Translations under genes and position numbers: made by a program
Assembly (NCBI GenBank): GCA_049322615.1
Contig: JBMORX010000003.1
Location: forward strand, 3,328-67,327
DNA: 64,000 nucleotides
Reading direction: 5' to 3'
From: Patescibacteria group bacterium
Lineage (GTDB): Bacteria; Patescibacteriota; Microgenomatia; CAYGWK01
Shown here: positions 8,499 through 17,454 of the stretch, piece by piece
Position numbering within the stretch: the first letter of the stretch is position 1
Layout of the letters: the number at the start of each line of letters is the position of its first letter
The notes under the pieces: model-generated
Seen by the model: the letters and a program-made list of their open reading frames with translations, nothing else
Database searches by the model: none
What the model was told of the DNA's origin: nothing

Positions 8499-9104
8499 TT
8501 ATTCTATAATTTCCTCTCCTTCGTCGATAACAGAAGAGGTTGTTTTCTCCCCAGTTAATTGAAAACTTTGACTCACAATACTAAATGCCTGCTCCCAAAA
8601 ACCTTTCTCAGCAGGCGACTCCAGAAAATACAAAATTCCGCTGTCAAGCACAAGAATTAAATTTCGGGAGGGACTATCATATTTTAAAAGTCGTCCTTTC
8701 ATACCAGAAAGACTTACCTCTGAAGTGGTTATTAGCTTTCCTCCCTGGGGATAATCCTTGAGCCATTTATCAATATTAGAAAAGGTTGTGTCAGTAATTT
8801 TTAGGACTAACTTTTCTCCAGGCTTTTCCTTAGATGATAATTCCAAAGAAGAGTAAACACTTGGGTCATTGACATCCTTTTCCACAATTCCTAAGGTAGC
8901 TGGGTACTGAAAAGAAAATCCCGCCTCGTCCTCATATAAAAGAAGCTCTCCAGTTTTGATTTCTGCTGGAGCACTAACCTGGTTTGTTTCGGGAAGCGGC
9001 TTAACCAAAGTTTTAGTCTGCCTTAAATGAAAAAATGAAAGAGAAGCACCTAAAATAACCAAAATCAAAGCCCCAACTGCGAGAAAAATTTTCTTTTTTG
9101 ACAT
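8499..9104 (-). CDS. Hypothetical secreted/membrane-anchored protein
   Basis: There is an N-terminal TM/signal segment. The upstream TTATGATATACTTAAA motif is shared with the prfB upstream region. Confidence 0.45.
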   Translation of the reverse strand: MSKKKIFLAVGALILVILGASLSFFHLRQTKTLVKPLPETNQVSAPAEIKTGELLLYEDEAGFSFQYPATLGIVEKDVNDPSVYSSLELSSKEKPGEKLVLKITDTTFSNIDKWLKDYPQGGKLITTSEVSLSGMKGRLLKYDSPSRNLILVLDSGILYFLESPAEKGFWEQAFSIVSQSFQLTGEKTTSSVIDEGEEIIE

Positions 9105-9134
9105 AAGCCTTGTTTTAAGTATATCATAACCTTA

Positions 9135-9572
9135 ATGAAGCGGGTTGTTTTGTTCATTTTTGTTTTCATTTCCATCTTCTCGCTCTTTCACCTTCTCGCC
9201 TTAAGCGAAGCGTCCGCCAAAAAGAAAATCATCCGCCGAGGAGTGTCTTCGGTGGTTTCAGGAGGTTCCAGGCTTGTCATCAAACCCAAACTTCGGAGCG
9301 ACCGACGAGCTTTAATTGTCAATTTTTCAAATCTTGGAGTCGTTTCTTCGTTTTCTTACGAGTTAATTTACACCGCAAATAGCATCCCTCAAGGAGTCTC
9401 CGGAACAGTAACCCCAACCGGTGAACAAAGCACCCAAAGAGAACTTTTATTTGGAACCTGTTCAAAAAATGTCTGCCGATACCACCGCGGAATTTCGGGA
9501 ATGAAATTCGTCGTTACCTCAACCTTAAAATCAGGTCTCCGCGTCCGCAAAACCTTCAGGATAAAACCATAA
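9135..9572 (+). CDS. Hypothetical secreted protein
   Basis: It has a signal peptide and no motif. Confidence 0.4.
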   Translation: MKRVVLFIFVFISIFSLFHLLALSEASAKKKIIRRGVSSVVSGGSRLVIKPKLRSDRRALIVNFSNLGVVSSFSYELIYTANSIPQGVSGTVTPTGEQSTQRELLFGTCSKNVCRYHRGISGMKFVVTSTLKSGLRVRKTFRIKP

Positions 9573-9654
9573 ATTTGTTCTTTCCAATAGGTTATTAGTT
9601 TTCCTTCGACCTTTTTTACCTTACACTGCTTCATTTTCATCACCAAACACCCTC

Positions 9655-9688
9655 TTGACAAAATTTGGCACGTGCGGTAAATTGTCAA
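9655..9688. repeat. Palindromic element copy c: TTGACAAAAT-TTGG-CACGTG-CGGT-AAATTGTCAA
   Basis: There is one mismatch in the right arm. It lies immediately upstream of the winged-helix regulator gene. Confidence 0.65.
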
Positions 9689-9690
9689 TA

Positions 9691-10401
9691 ATGGAGGCAA
9701 AAAAGGGAAGAAGAATTAAAGATAGACAAAGTTTGTTGCTTCGCAATAAAAAACGCCGGACAGTCCAAACCACCTTGCCCTCTCAACCTACAATTAATGA
9801 AATCACAAAAATTCTTGGAAAACAAATCGATAAGGAAATTTTCTTGAAAAAATATGCCAGAGTCGCTGATGTTCTTCTCCTAGTTGGCATGGGGGTCTTT
9901 TTAGGCGCTTCTCTTGTAATCCCCAATCTTCCAAAGGCTCTCTTGCCTCTTTTCAAACCTAATGAAAAAGAAGCCTGGAGACGGTTCAATGTTCCCTATC
10001 TTAAAAGAACATTAAAAAGGTTAGAGGATGAAAAACTTGTGGAAGTTGATGAGGAAAATGGACTTCAGGTAGTAAAAATAACGGAAGCAGGAAAAATAAA
10101 AATCTTAAAATGCGCTTTAGACAAACTAAAAATAGAAAAACCGAAAATCTGGGATAGAACTTGGTGGTTAGTAAGTTATGATATTTCCCGAGATTTTGAA
10201 CATAAAAGAGATATCTTTAGGGATTATCTTAAAACCTGGGGCTTTTATCCTCTTCAGGAAAGCGTTTTCTTGCATGCTTATCCCTGCCTTAAACAAATTG
10301 AATTTTTAAGAGAATATTTAGGAGTGGGAGACTGCGTTCGTCTCTTCAGAGTTTCCCAAATCGAAAATGATCGCCTTTTTCGAGAATTCTTCGGGGTTTA
10401 A
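9691..10401 (+). CDS. Membrane-anchored winged-helix regulator with a C-terminal PaaX-like (Cas2-fold-like) domain
   Basis: There is a TM helix (VADVLLLVGMGVFLGASLVI) and a winged-helix-like segment (LKRLEDEKLVEVDEENGLQVVKITEAGK). The C-terminus reads WWLVSYDISRDFEHKRDIFRDYLKTWGFYPLQESVF, reminiscent of the PaaX C-terminal/Cas2-like motif. The start was moved to ATG 9691, because the tracked TTG start lies inside the palindromic element. Confidence 0.45.
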   Translation: MEAKKGRRIKDRQSLLLRNKKRRTVQTTLPSQPTINEITKILGKQIDKEIFLKKYARVADVLLLVGMGVFLGASLVIPNLPKALLPLFKPNEKEAWRRFNVPYLKRTLKRLEDEKLVEVDEENGLQVVKITEAGKIKILKCALDKLKIEKPKIWDRTWWLVSYDISRDFEHKRDIFRDYLKTWGFYPLQESVFLHAYPCLKQIEFLREYLGVGDCVRLFRVSQIENDRLFREFFGV

Positions 10402-10436
10402 ATTAAAATACCTAAGTTAAAAACCTTAAATAAATT

Positions 10437-10470
10437 TGGACAAAATCCAGCACGTGCGGAATTCTGTCAA
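10437..10470. repeat. Palindromic element copy d: TGGACAAAAT-CCAG-CACGTG-CGGA-ATTCTGTCAA
   Basis: It has two arm mismatches. Confidence 0.6.
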
Positions 10471-10639
10471 AATATTATACTGGTTTCTTATAAGAATCAA
10501 CCTTAAAATCAGAAGTAAAAGTCAGAAAAACTTTCAGGGTTAGAGTTTAATTTTAACTTCATTTTTCTTTCTGAGCTAATAAGCTAAGTAGTGTAGGTAT
10601 GGTGTAGCTTTAATAATTATTTATTTGATTATTTAGGGG

Positions 10640-10882
10640 CTAACTTTTTTCTTGTAGGCATGTTTCGAAACAAACATTTTTATTGAGAAAGGTTTCGCAT
10701 TGCCGAGTACAGTCTGCTTTCTCGAGCGCGCCCTTGGGGTTGACTGCTGCTAATAATGCTACTGCAAAAATTCCTATCATTGCAAAAACAATTGGAATTG
10801 TTATCAAAATCTTAACCCATGTAGCCCATTTGGTCCAAACCCACATCAAAATAAATCCAACGGGAAAAAAGAAAATAAGCAA
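10640..10882 (-). CDS. Small membrane protein with a Cys-rich C-terminus
   Basis: It is 80 aa with two TM helices and the tail CTRQCETFLNKNVCFETC. Confidence 0.35.
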   Translation of the reverse strand: MLIFFFPVGFILMWVWTKWATWVKILITIPIVFAMIGIFAVALLAAVNPKGALEKADCTRQCETFLNKNVCFETCLQEKS

Positions 10883-11064
10883 AAGAATGGTAACAATAGT
10901 CTTTGTATCTTCGGAGATGTCAGTTGGTTACACAGGAACTTGTTTCATTGGAGCTGTTTGTAGCGGAGAAGTTTGGACTGGAATATTGGGCAGTTGAGGT
11001 GAATTTTCCATCTATTTATAGAGTAAAGAAAACAAGAAACTCTTGTCAAGAGGGATTTGCTGAA

Positions 11065-11724
11065 TTAATCATTTTTATTCCTTGCTAACAAATAAACTTC
11101 TCCTTGTTGTTTCAGCAGCCGATACTCACCTGAATTTTGTAAATAAGAAAAATAGCTAAGGAGCAAGTCGCGTGACCCATCCGGATATAAATTATTACTA
11201 TCACCCAAAGGATCCAAATCAGCAACCAGATAATCCGGCTTTAGTTTAAAACAGCGCTTCATGTCCACCTTCCAAACAGTCGGATCGTCATGACAATTGG
11301 TCAAAAAGATTATTTTCTCCCGATGAGTCAGCTGTGGTCCTAAATTATTAGTGGCTGCCACGCTGGCACTCGCTGGAATCAAAGCTAAAATTGCCCGACT
11401 ATCTTTGGTTTTAGTTAAATCGTAAGAACCTCTCTTAGGCAAATCATTTAGAGCCGGGTTGGTCAATATCTGAACCAAAAGCACTCCAACCAAAAGTAAA
11501 CCAGTGGCTAATTTTTTTCTCAGCAAAAATTTTTTTTGAATTGCTTCTATCGCCCCAAAAGCCAAAATCGGAGCCAAAATTGAATTATACTGGAAAGCCA
11601 AACTCCAGCGAGTACCAATTGGTGTTCCAACAAACCGTTGGAAAAATTCCTCAAATAGAATAACAAAAATCCCAGGGGATAAAACTGGCAGAAAACCAAA
11701 AGCCAAAAAGGAAACAATCATCAC
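11065..11724 (-). CDS. C-terminal part of a DUF2079-like integral membrane protein (probably continuous with 11732-12475 through a frameshift)
   Basis: It follows the upstream ORF after a 7-nt gap in a different frame. A T8/A8 homopolymer at 11745-11752 lies in the last codons of the upstream ORF. Confidence 0.45.
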   Translation of the reverse strand: MMIVSFLAFGFLPVLSPGIFVILFEEFFQRFVGTPIGTRWSLAFQYNSILAPILAFGAIEAIQKKFLLRKKLATGLLLVGVLLVQILTNPALNDLPKRGSYDLTKTKDSRAILALIPASASVAATNNLGPQLTHREKIIFLTNCHDDPTVWKVDMKRCFKLKPDYLVADLDPLGDSNNLYPDGSRDLLLSYFSYLQNSGEYRLLKQQGEVYLLARNKND

Positions 11725-11731
11725 CCAAACT

Positions 11732-12475
11732 TTAGTGTAAGGATAAAAAAAACATCTTTATGGCTTCCCCTAAAGTCAGATCCTTTAAATGGCTTGGCAA
11801 ATAGGTAAAGGGCATTTTGCCAAAATAGGGAATGACGACAAATACGACCAATAAAAATAAAATTGCCGAGCCGAGAGAAATTAAAAGTCCCCGTTTAAAA
11901 TCGCGGTAGTGTATCATTAAAAAGGCTCCGAAAGCTACCGTCAAAAGAAATAAGTTCTCCTGAAGTCCCAAAAACAAGACCAAAACCAACCAAAATAGCC
12001 TATATTTTTTCTCTTCGTACAACCAAAACAACCACGCCAGCAAAGTGGTTGCCAGAACGATCGGATGGAAATCGAAAGCAACCGCATTTTGAATACCAAA
12101 AAAGGAAAGATAAGCAAAAGCAACCACTAAAGACAAGCAAATATCCCTCGTTTTTCTGAAGGCAAGAGAATAAATCGGATAAGCCCCTAAAGCAACAAAA
12201 AAAGCCTGAAACAAAAGTAACATAATCACATTATCCCAAACCCAATATAAGGGGGCTAATAAAAGCAGGGTTGGGGTAAAATGGTCACCCCAAGGATGGG
12301 CTTCTAAAATCGAGGAAAAAAGTGACTTACCGCGAGAGGCTAACCAAACGACCTGGTCATAAACACCCAAATCAAAAATAAAAGATCCAAAACGTAAATG
12401 ACGAACCACTGAATAAAGGCTGTAAACCAACCCAAAAACGATAATTAAAAACCAAATTCCATATTTTTTTACCAT
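11732..12475 (-). CDS. N-terminal part of a DUF2079-like multi-pass membrane protein
   Basis: It has motifs such as LGVYDQVVW, GDHFTPTLLLLAPLY and FDFHP and about 7 TM helices. Confidence 0.5.
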   Translation of the reverse strand: MVKKYGIWFLIIVFGLVYSLYSVVRHLRFGSFIFDLGVYDQVVWLASRGKSLFSSILEAHPWGDHFTPTLLLLAPLYWVWDNVIMLLLFQAFFVALGAYPIYSLAFRKTRDICLSLVVAFAYLSFFGIQNAVAFDFHPIVLATTLLAWLFWLYEEKKYRLFWLVLVLFLGLQENLFLLTVAFGAFLMIHYRDFKRGLLISLGSAILFLLVVFVVIPYFGKMPFTYLPSHLKDLTLGEAIKMFFLSLH

Positions 12476-12724
12476 ATATTGATATAACCCGAGAGTAAAG
12501 CCAAACCACCAATAAGTTCGCCCTGTTTACCCTGAGCGGTTCGGCTGAGCTCACCGTCGAATCCTTGCCGAAGGGCTTTTACCTCCGCCAAAAAATCCCC
12601 ATGCATGTCGTTGGGATGAAGAATGGTAAATTTTTTGTTTTCATCTCTTTTATTTTTTGGTATTTTATGGATAATTTTAGAATATCTTAGAAGAAATTGG
12701 AAGATATTGGAAATGTATCCCATT

Positions 12725-12758
12725 TGGACAAAATTGGGCAATGGCGCAATTTTGTCAA
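12725..12758. repeat. Palindromic element copy e: TGGACAAAAT-TGGG-CAATGG-CGCA-ATTTTGTCAA (degenerate core)
   Basis: The arms are conserved but the central CACGTG is replaced by CAATGG. Confidence 0.55.
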
Positions 12759-12913
12759 TTTTCTGGGAGAAAGATTTATAGCCCGACCTATTTTTTCATC
12801 ACTACATAGCGATGAAAATTTTCCGGTCCTCCAATCTTAGATCGGAATAGGTTCTCGCACTATCTTTTAGGTGTCCTATCTAGTTCACCTCTAAGGTGGA
12901 TTACGTTAGCACC

Positions 12914-13507
12914 TCAGATATTCAGCCTTAGATGTATGTCGCAGTGGAACGTGCCGTATCTTTCAAACTCGGCAATCTTTTCAAAACCAAGTTTTTCGTA
13001 AAAATGTATCGCCCTTTTATTAGAAACCTGTGTTTCCTGCCACAAGGTAATTTGTCGCAGTCCCAAAGACTTTGCCAGCTCTATTGTTTTTAACAGCATC
13101 ATAGTTCCTACCCCTTTATTTTGGTATCTATCAGCAATAACCGGAGCAATACAAACATCTCGACCTGGGACCAAATGAATTCCATAACCCTTAAAGCGCT
13201 CTACTTGGCTATCACGAAGTTGGAAAGATAAGATGTTATAGCCAATTATTTCTTCTTTAGAATTTAGCAACACCAAACGAAGCATTTCCTTATAATCAAG
13301 ATTTTCGCAAATGTTTTTTGCCTCTCCAAAAGTTAGAGGATGAGGACCATATCTTCTTCTTGTTTCCTTTGATAAACTATCTAGAAAAATTCCAAAAGAG
13401 GTAGAGTCATCTTTAAGTAATGGGCGAAAAATGATTTTTTCTCCGTCTTTTAAAACAAATCTACTTTCTATCAAATGAGGGTTATTAATTATTGCTTGCA
13501 AAGTCAT
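12914..13507 (-). CDS. GNAT family N-acetyltransferase
   Basis: It has the acetyl-CoA binding region QNKGVGTMML and the C-terminal motif KRAIHFYEKLGFEKI. Confidence 0.65.
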   Translation of the reverse strand: MTLQAIINNPHLIESRFVLKDGEKIIFRPLLKDDSTSFGIFLDSLSKETRRRYGPHPLTFGEAKNICENLDYKEMLRLVLLNSKEEIIGYNILSFQLRDSQVERFKGYGIHLVPGRDVCIAPVIADRYQNKGVGTMMLLKTIELAKSLGLRQITLWQETQVSNKRAIHFYEKLGFEKIAEFERYGTFHCDIHLRLNI

Positions 13508-13589
13508 TTATTTTCAAAAGTAAAAATATTCTTCTTTTTTTCTTTATCTATGGAGCTGGAGTATTTTCCCTTTGTGTAATCGTTAATTA

Positions 13590-13745
13590 CCTTTTCCCAA
13601 AATAATCTTCATATTCACTGATTTCGTCGTTAGTAAATTCACTAAAATCATAGGCATAAAGTTGTAACAAATTCTCAAGCAGTCTCCTCTTATCGTCCGG
13701 AGCTGGCTCTAGAGATATTTTAAATCCTTTATTTGAAGATTCCAT
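13590..13745 (-). CDS. Small acidic ORF (52 aa) not in the ORF track, between the 257-aa hypothetical gene and the GNAT gene
   Basis: My manual translation from the reverse-strand ATG at 13743-13745 gives MESSNKGFKISLEPAPDDKRRLLENLLQLYAYDFSEFTNDEISEYEDYFGKR, ending at the stop. It has the same orientation as its neighbours, with short gaps. Confidence 0.3.
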
Positions 13746-13769
13746 TTTATTTATATTAAAAAATTCTCA

Positions 13770-14543
13770 CTAATCAGGCTGCACCCGAAGAGTGTTTTGT
13801 GCCCCCACCTTCGCCATTCCACCTCCGAGGTGTAAAGCTGTAATTTCTTTTATCCCAATTTTAATATACTCATCAAAATTTTTTCTTTTTAAAAATGGTT
13901 CCTTTAGCTTTAATTGTAAATCAACCAACTCCGGATAATTATGGTCGGTATAGTAACCGCTAGTATCCCACGGCCAGAATTTTTGCAGTTTCGGTTCTAA
14001 ACCAGTCAGGGCCCAAGCGGCAATTTCTGCCAAAGCCCAAATCTGTCTATCTTTTAAACCACTACCAGAATAATAATTTCTATAAATTGAAAAATAATGC
14101 GCCAAAAGAATCTCGTGAGCGGTAATTCTTCTCTGGGTAAAAGGATTTTCTTTCCAGGTCCTCCCAATGACATTTCCATTCCAATTGCTAACTCCTTTAC
14201 AAAAATGAGTTACTACGCAAACATATTCGTCGTAAAACCAAGGTTTTGTCAACTCCGCAACAGTCTTTGAAAAATCATCAATTATCTCATCCCAAGATTC
14301 TTGATAAAGCCTTCTTAATTTCTCAATGTATGGTAAGCATCTCTCATAGGCTTGATTGACAACCTTGCCAAACTTTCCCTTTGCCAACTTTATTTCTTTT
14401 TTTGAACGAGCATCGTGTATTTTGGACGCCAATTCCTTGCTTATACCTGAACCGTTTAACCGACTCTCCCAATGCTCGCCCTGGAGGAGAGAAAAGAAAA
14501 CCCGAGAATCATAATCTTTGTTAACAACAAAGCGAATTTTCAT
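13770..14543 (-). CDS. Hypothetical protein (257 aa)
   Basis: I found no recognisable motif. It is the first gene of a three-gene minus-strand cluster ending with the GNAT gene. Confidence 0.45.
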   Translation of the reverse strand: MKIRFVVNKDYDSRVFFSLLQGEHWESRLNGSGISKELASKIHDARSKKEIKLAKGKFGKVVNQAYERCLPYIEKLRRLYQESWDEIIDDFSKTVAELTKPWFYDEYVCVVTHFCKGVSNWNGNVIGRTWKENPFTQRRITAHEILLAHYFSIYRNYYSGSGLKDRQIWALAEIAAWALTGLEPKLQKFWPWDTSGYYTDHNYPELVDLQLKLKEPFLKRKNFDEYIKIGIKEITALHLGGGMAKVGAQNTLRVQPD

Positions 14544-14689
14544 ATATTTGGCGACTTTTCTCTAATTTTATCTCTTAGCATTCATCCTGTGCCTACACCC
14601 CAGGGGTGTTTTACGCTTGCACCTGCGGATAGTGACATTTTTTCTACTTTTTACCAGAACCATCCTCCTGTCCTTACCTTTCGCCTTTT

Positions 14690-14711
14690 CATCCCGATTT
14701 AATCGGGGATG
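14690..14711. terminator. Hairpin CATCCCGAT-TTAA-ATCGGGGATG downstream of secA; member of a CCCGATTTAATCGGG hairpin family
   Basis: The inverted repeat was read directly. The same core is found at 28970-28988 and 49379-49395. Confidence 0.5.
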
Positions 14712-14754
14712 GCTCAAAGAGCAGACATAGGAGGACCTCGCTTCCGCTTTCTGA

Positions 14755-17442
14755 TTACCCATATTTGGGATAACAACAATGCTTATACTTTTTCGGCGTG
14801 CCATCTGGTTTAGTCGCTCCGCACGGGCATGGGTCATTCCGGCCGAGTTTTGCCTTCTTGACAGGAGTTACCCCTGTCAAGCCTGTCATGTCCGAGGTAT
14901 CAATATTTGTTTGAATATTCTGAGGTCCTTCGACACGCTCAGGATGAACTGGTCTCTGGGCGACCTGGATTCTAAAAATTCTTCTAACCACCTCATAATC
15001 AATTTGTTTAACTAATCTTTCAAACATCGAGAAAGCCTCATTTTTATATTCAACCAGAGGATCTCTCTGCCCATAACCTCGAAGGCCAATTCCCTCTCGC
15101 AGGTCATCTAAGGCATCCAGGTGGTCCATCCATAAATGGTCGATTGAGGAAAGATAGGCAAATTTTTCAATTTCCCGGGAAAGTTCCGGACCGACTTGTT
15201 TTTCTCTTGATTCGTACAAATCAGTTACCAGTTTAAATAAAAATTCATTTATTTTCTCTGGCAATTTTAAATTTTCAATTTGCAATTTTAAATTCGTTTG
15301 CGATTTATCATCAAACGGGACAATCTCACAAAATCCCCTAATAATATTTTCATACTCGGGCTCGGTGTAACCTTCTGGCGAATACATCGAAACTAAATTT
15401 TCAATATCATTTTTTATTTTCGTTATAATCTCCTCTTTCATATTTTCTCCAGATAAAACTTTCTTCCTTAGGGTATAAATTATTTCTCTTTGTTTATTAG
15501 CCACATCATCGTATTCAACCAGGTGTTTTCGGGCATCAAAATTAAATCCCTCAACTTTTACTTGGGCTTGCTCAATGGCTTTGGAGACCATCCCGTGCTC
15601 TAAAGGTTGGTCTTCGGGAAGTTTGAAGGCAGTCATAAGCTTGGAAACTTGCTCACCCCCAAAAATTCTCATTAGATCATCATCTAAAGCGACAAAAAAT
15701 CTTGAAGAACCAGGGTCTCCTTGGCGACCAGACCGTCCTCGTAACTGATTATCAATTCTGCGCGCCTCATGTCTTTCGGTACCGATAACATGGAGTCCGC
15801 CAAGTCTGACTACCTCATCATGTTCTTTCTGCCACTTCTTCTCCTCTTCTTCCCACTTCCCACTTCCCACTTCCCACTTCCCAAGTCTTTTTCCTCCTAA
15901 AACTATATCCACCCCTCTACCTGCCATATTTGTCGCCACCGTTACCGCTTTTTTCTTTCCCGCTTGACTGATAATTAATGCCTCTTTTTCATGATGTTTG
16001 GCGTTTAAAACCTGATGGGGAATTCCCTTATGAGATAAAAAATCAGAAACTATTTCATTTTTCTCAATTGAGGTTGTTCCTACTAAAACCGGCTGACCTC
16101 GCTTGTAACAATCTTCTATCTCCGATACCGTCGCCGCATATTTTGCCCGAGCAGTTTTATAGACAACATCAGGATTATCAATTCTAATCATCGGTTTATT
16201 GGTCGGAATAACCAAAACATCAAGATTATAGATTTTATGAAATTCCTCAGCTTCGGTGGCGGCTGTTCCCGTCATTCCCGCCAAAACTTCATACATCCGA
16301 AAGTAATTTTGAAAAGAAATTGTCGCCAAAGTTCGCGACTCCTGCTGAATCGCAACCCCCTCTTTTGCCTCAACTGCCTGATGTAACCCTTCTGACCAAC
16401 GCCTGCCAAACATTAATCTTCCGGTAAATTCATCAACAATCACAATTTCTCCATCGCGAACGACGTAATCTTTATCCCGATGAAATAAAGTCCTTGCTCG
16501 CAAAGCATTCTCGATGTGATGAATCGATTCAAAATCTTTCTCGTATAAATTATCTATCCCAAGCATTTTTTCAACCTTTTTAATTCCGTGGTCAGTTAAA
16601 TTAGCAGTTTTTAATTTTTCATCAACAGTGTAATCAGTATCGCCAGACAGCCGACTCACCAGCTGAGCAAAATCATAATATTTTTTCGTAGGTTCGGTGT
16701 CTGGAGCAGAGATAATTAAAGGAGTCCGCGCCTCATCAATTAAAATTGAATCAACCTCATCAACAATGGCAAAATAGTGTTCCCGCTGAACCATGTCTTT
16801 TAAAGAAGAAACCATATTGTCCCGAAGATAATCAAAACCAAATTCGTTATTTGTTCCGTAGGTAATATCTGCCTTGTAGGCTTCTTGGCGGCTACAAGGT
16901 TTAAGATGAGAAAGTCGCCAGTCGGTGGCGTTTTTGTCAGTAAAATTTGGGTCAAATAAAAACGCTTGCTCGTGGACAATACAGCCAACGGAGACTCCCA
17001 GTAAATTAAAAATTGGTCCATTCCAACCAGTATCCCGACGAGCCAAATAATCATTAACAGTGACAAGGTGGGCTCCTTTTTGCGCCAAAGCCCGAAGATA
17101 TAAAGCGGGAACCGCGGATAAAGTTTTTCCTTCTCCGGTTTTTTGCTCAGCAATTTTTCCGGAAAAAAGAGTCATCCCCGCCATAAGCTGAACGTCAAAA
17201 AGCCGAAGTCCTATGGCTCGCCGTCCTGCTTCCCGAACCAGGGCAAAGGCTTCAGGAAGGATATTTTCGAAAGTTTCTCCAGAAGAAATTCTTTCTTTAA
17301 AATTGGCTGTTTTAGCAGCAAAATCTTTATCTTTTAATTTTTTTGTCTCTTCCTCAAGAGAATTTATTTTTTCAACTAAAGGTTTTGCTCTTGAGAGTTC
17401 TTTTTCATTTGAATCAAAAATTTTAGAGAAAATCTTAAGCAT
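14755..17442 (-). CDS. secA: Preprotein translocase ATPase SecA
   Basis: It has the DEAD-like motor motifs (TGEGKTL, DEVDSILIDEARTPLIIS) and a C-terminal zinc-binding tail CPCGATKPDGTPKKYKHCC. Confidence 0.9.
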   Translation of the reverse strand: MLKIFSKIFDSNEKELSRAKPLVEKINSLEEETKKLKDKDFAAKTANFKERISSGETFENILPEAFALVREAGRRAIGLRLFDVQLMAGMTLFSGKIAEQKTGEGKTLSAVPALYLRALAQKGAHLVTVNDYLARRDTGWNGPIFNLLGVSVGCIVHEQAFLFDPNFTDKNATDWRLSHLKPCSRQEAYKADITYGTNNEFGFDYLRDNMVSSLKDMVQREHYFAIVDEVDSILIDEARTPLIISAPDTEPTKKYYDFAQLVSRLSGDTDYTVDEKLKTANLTDHGIKKVEKMLGIDNLYEKDFESIHHIENALRARTLFHRDKDYVVRDGEIVIVDEFTGRLMFGRRWSEGLHQAVEAKEGVAIQQESRTLATISFQNYFRMYEVLAGMTGTAATEAEEFHKIYNLDVLVIPTNKPMIRIDNPDVVYKTARAKYAATVSEIEDCYKRGQPVLVGTTSIEKNEIVSDFLSHKGIPHQVLNAKHHEKEALIISQAGKKKAVTVATNMAGRGVDIVLGGKRLGKWEVGSGKWEEEEKKWQKEHDEVVRLGGLHVIGTERHEARRIDNQLRGRSGRQGDPGSSRFFVALDDDLMRIFGGEQVSKLMTAFKLPEDQPLEHGMVSKAIEQAQVKVEGFNFDARKHLVEYDDVANKQREIIYTLRKKVLSGENMKEEIITKIKNDIENLVSMYSPEGYTEPEYENIIRGFCEIVPFDDKSQTNLKLQIENLKLPEKINEFLFKLVTDLYESREKQVGPELSREIEKFAYLSSIDHLWMDHLDALDDLREGIGLRGYGQRDPLVEYKNEAFSMFERLVKQIDYEVVRRIFRIQVAQRPVHPERVEGPQNIQTNIDTSDMTGLTGVTPVKKAKLGRNDPCPCGATKPDGTPKKYKHCCYPKYG

Positions 17443-17454
17443 GCCTTTAAATTT

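Noticed and set aside
12476-12640. GGAUUCGACGG motif as the 5' end of tmRNA
   Set aside because: There is no GGGG acceptor start at the right distance. There is no tRNA-like 3' end (T-arm plus CCA) within 300-400 nt, because the downstream sequence is a protein-coding gene. There is no recognisable tag-peptide reading frame. The motif is part of a simple hairpin also present near lon.
12469-12741. ORF 12469-12741 (MPNFVQM...), ORF 28757-29029, ORFs 48765-48962 and 48808-49110, ORF 24530-24874
   Set aside because: Each runs through palindromic or repeat-rich or GC-rich non-coding DNA. Their N-termini are generated by the repeats themselves (e.g. MPNF/MPDF from the 34-bp element), and they have no SD or promoter context. 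I treat them as spurious.
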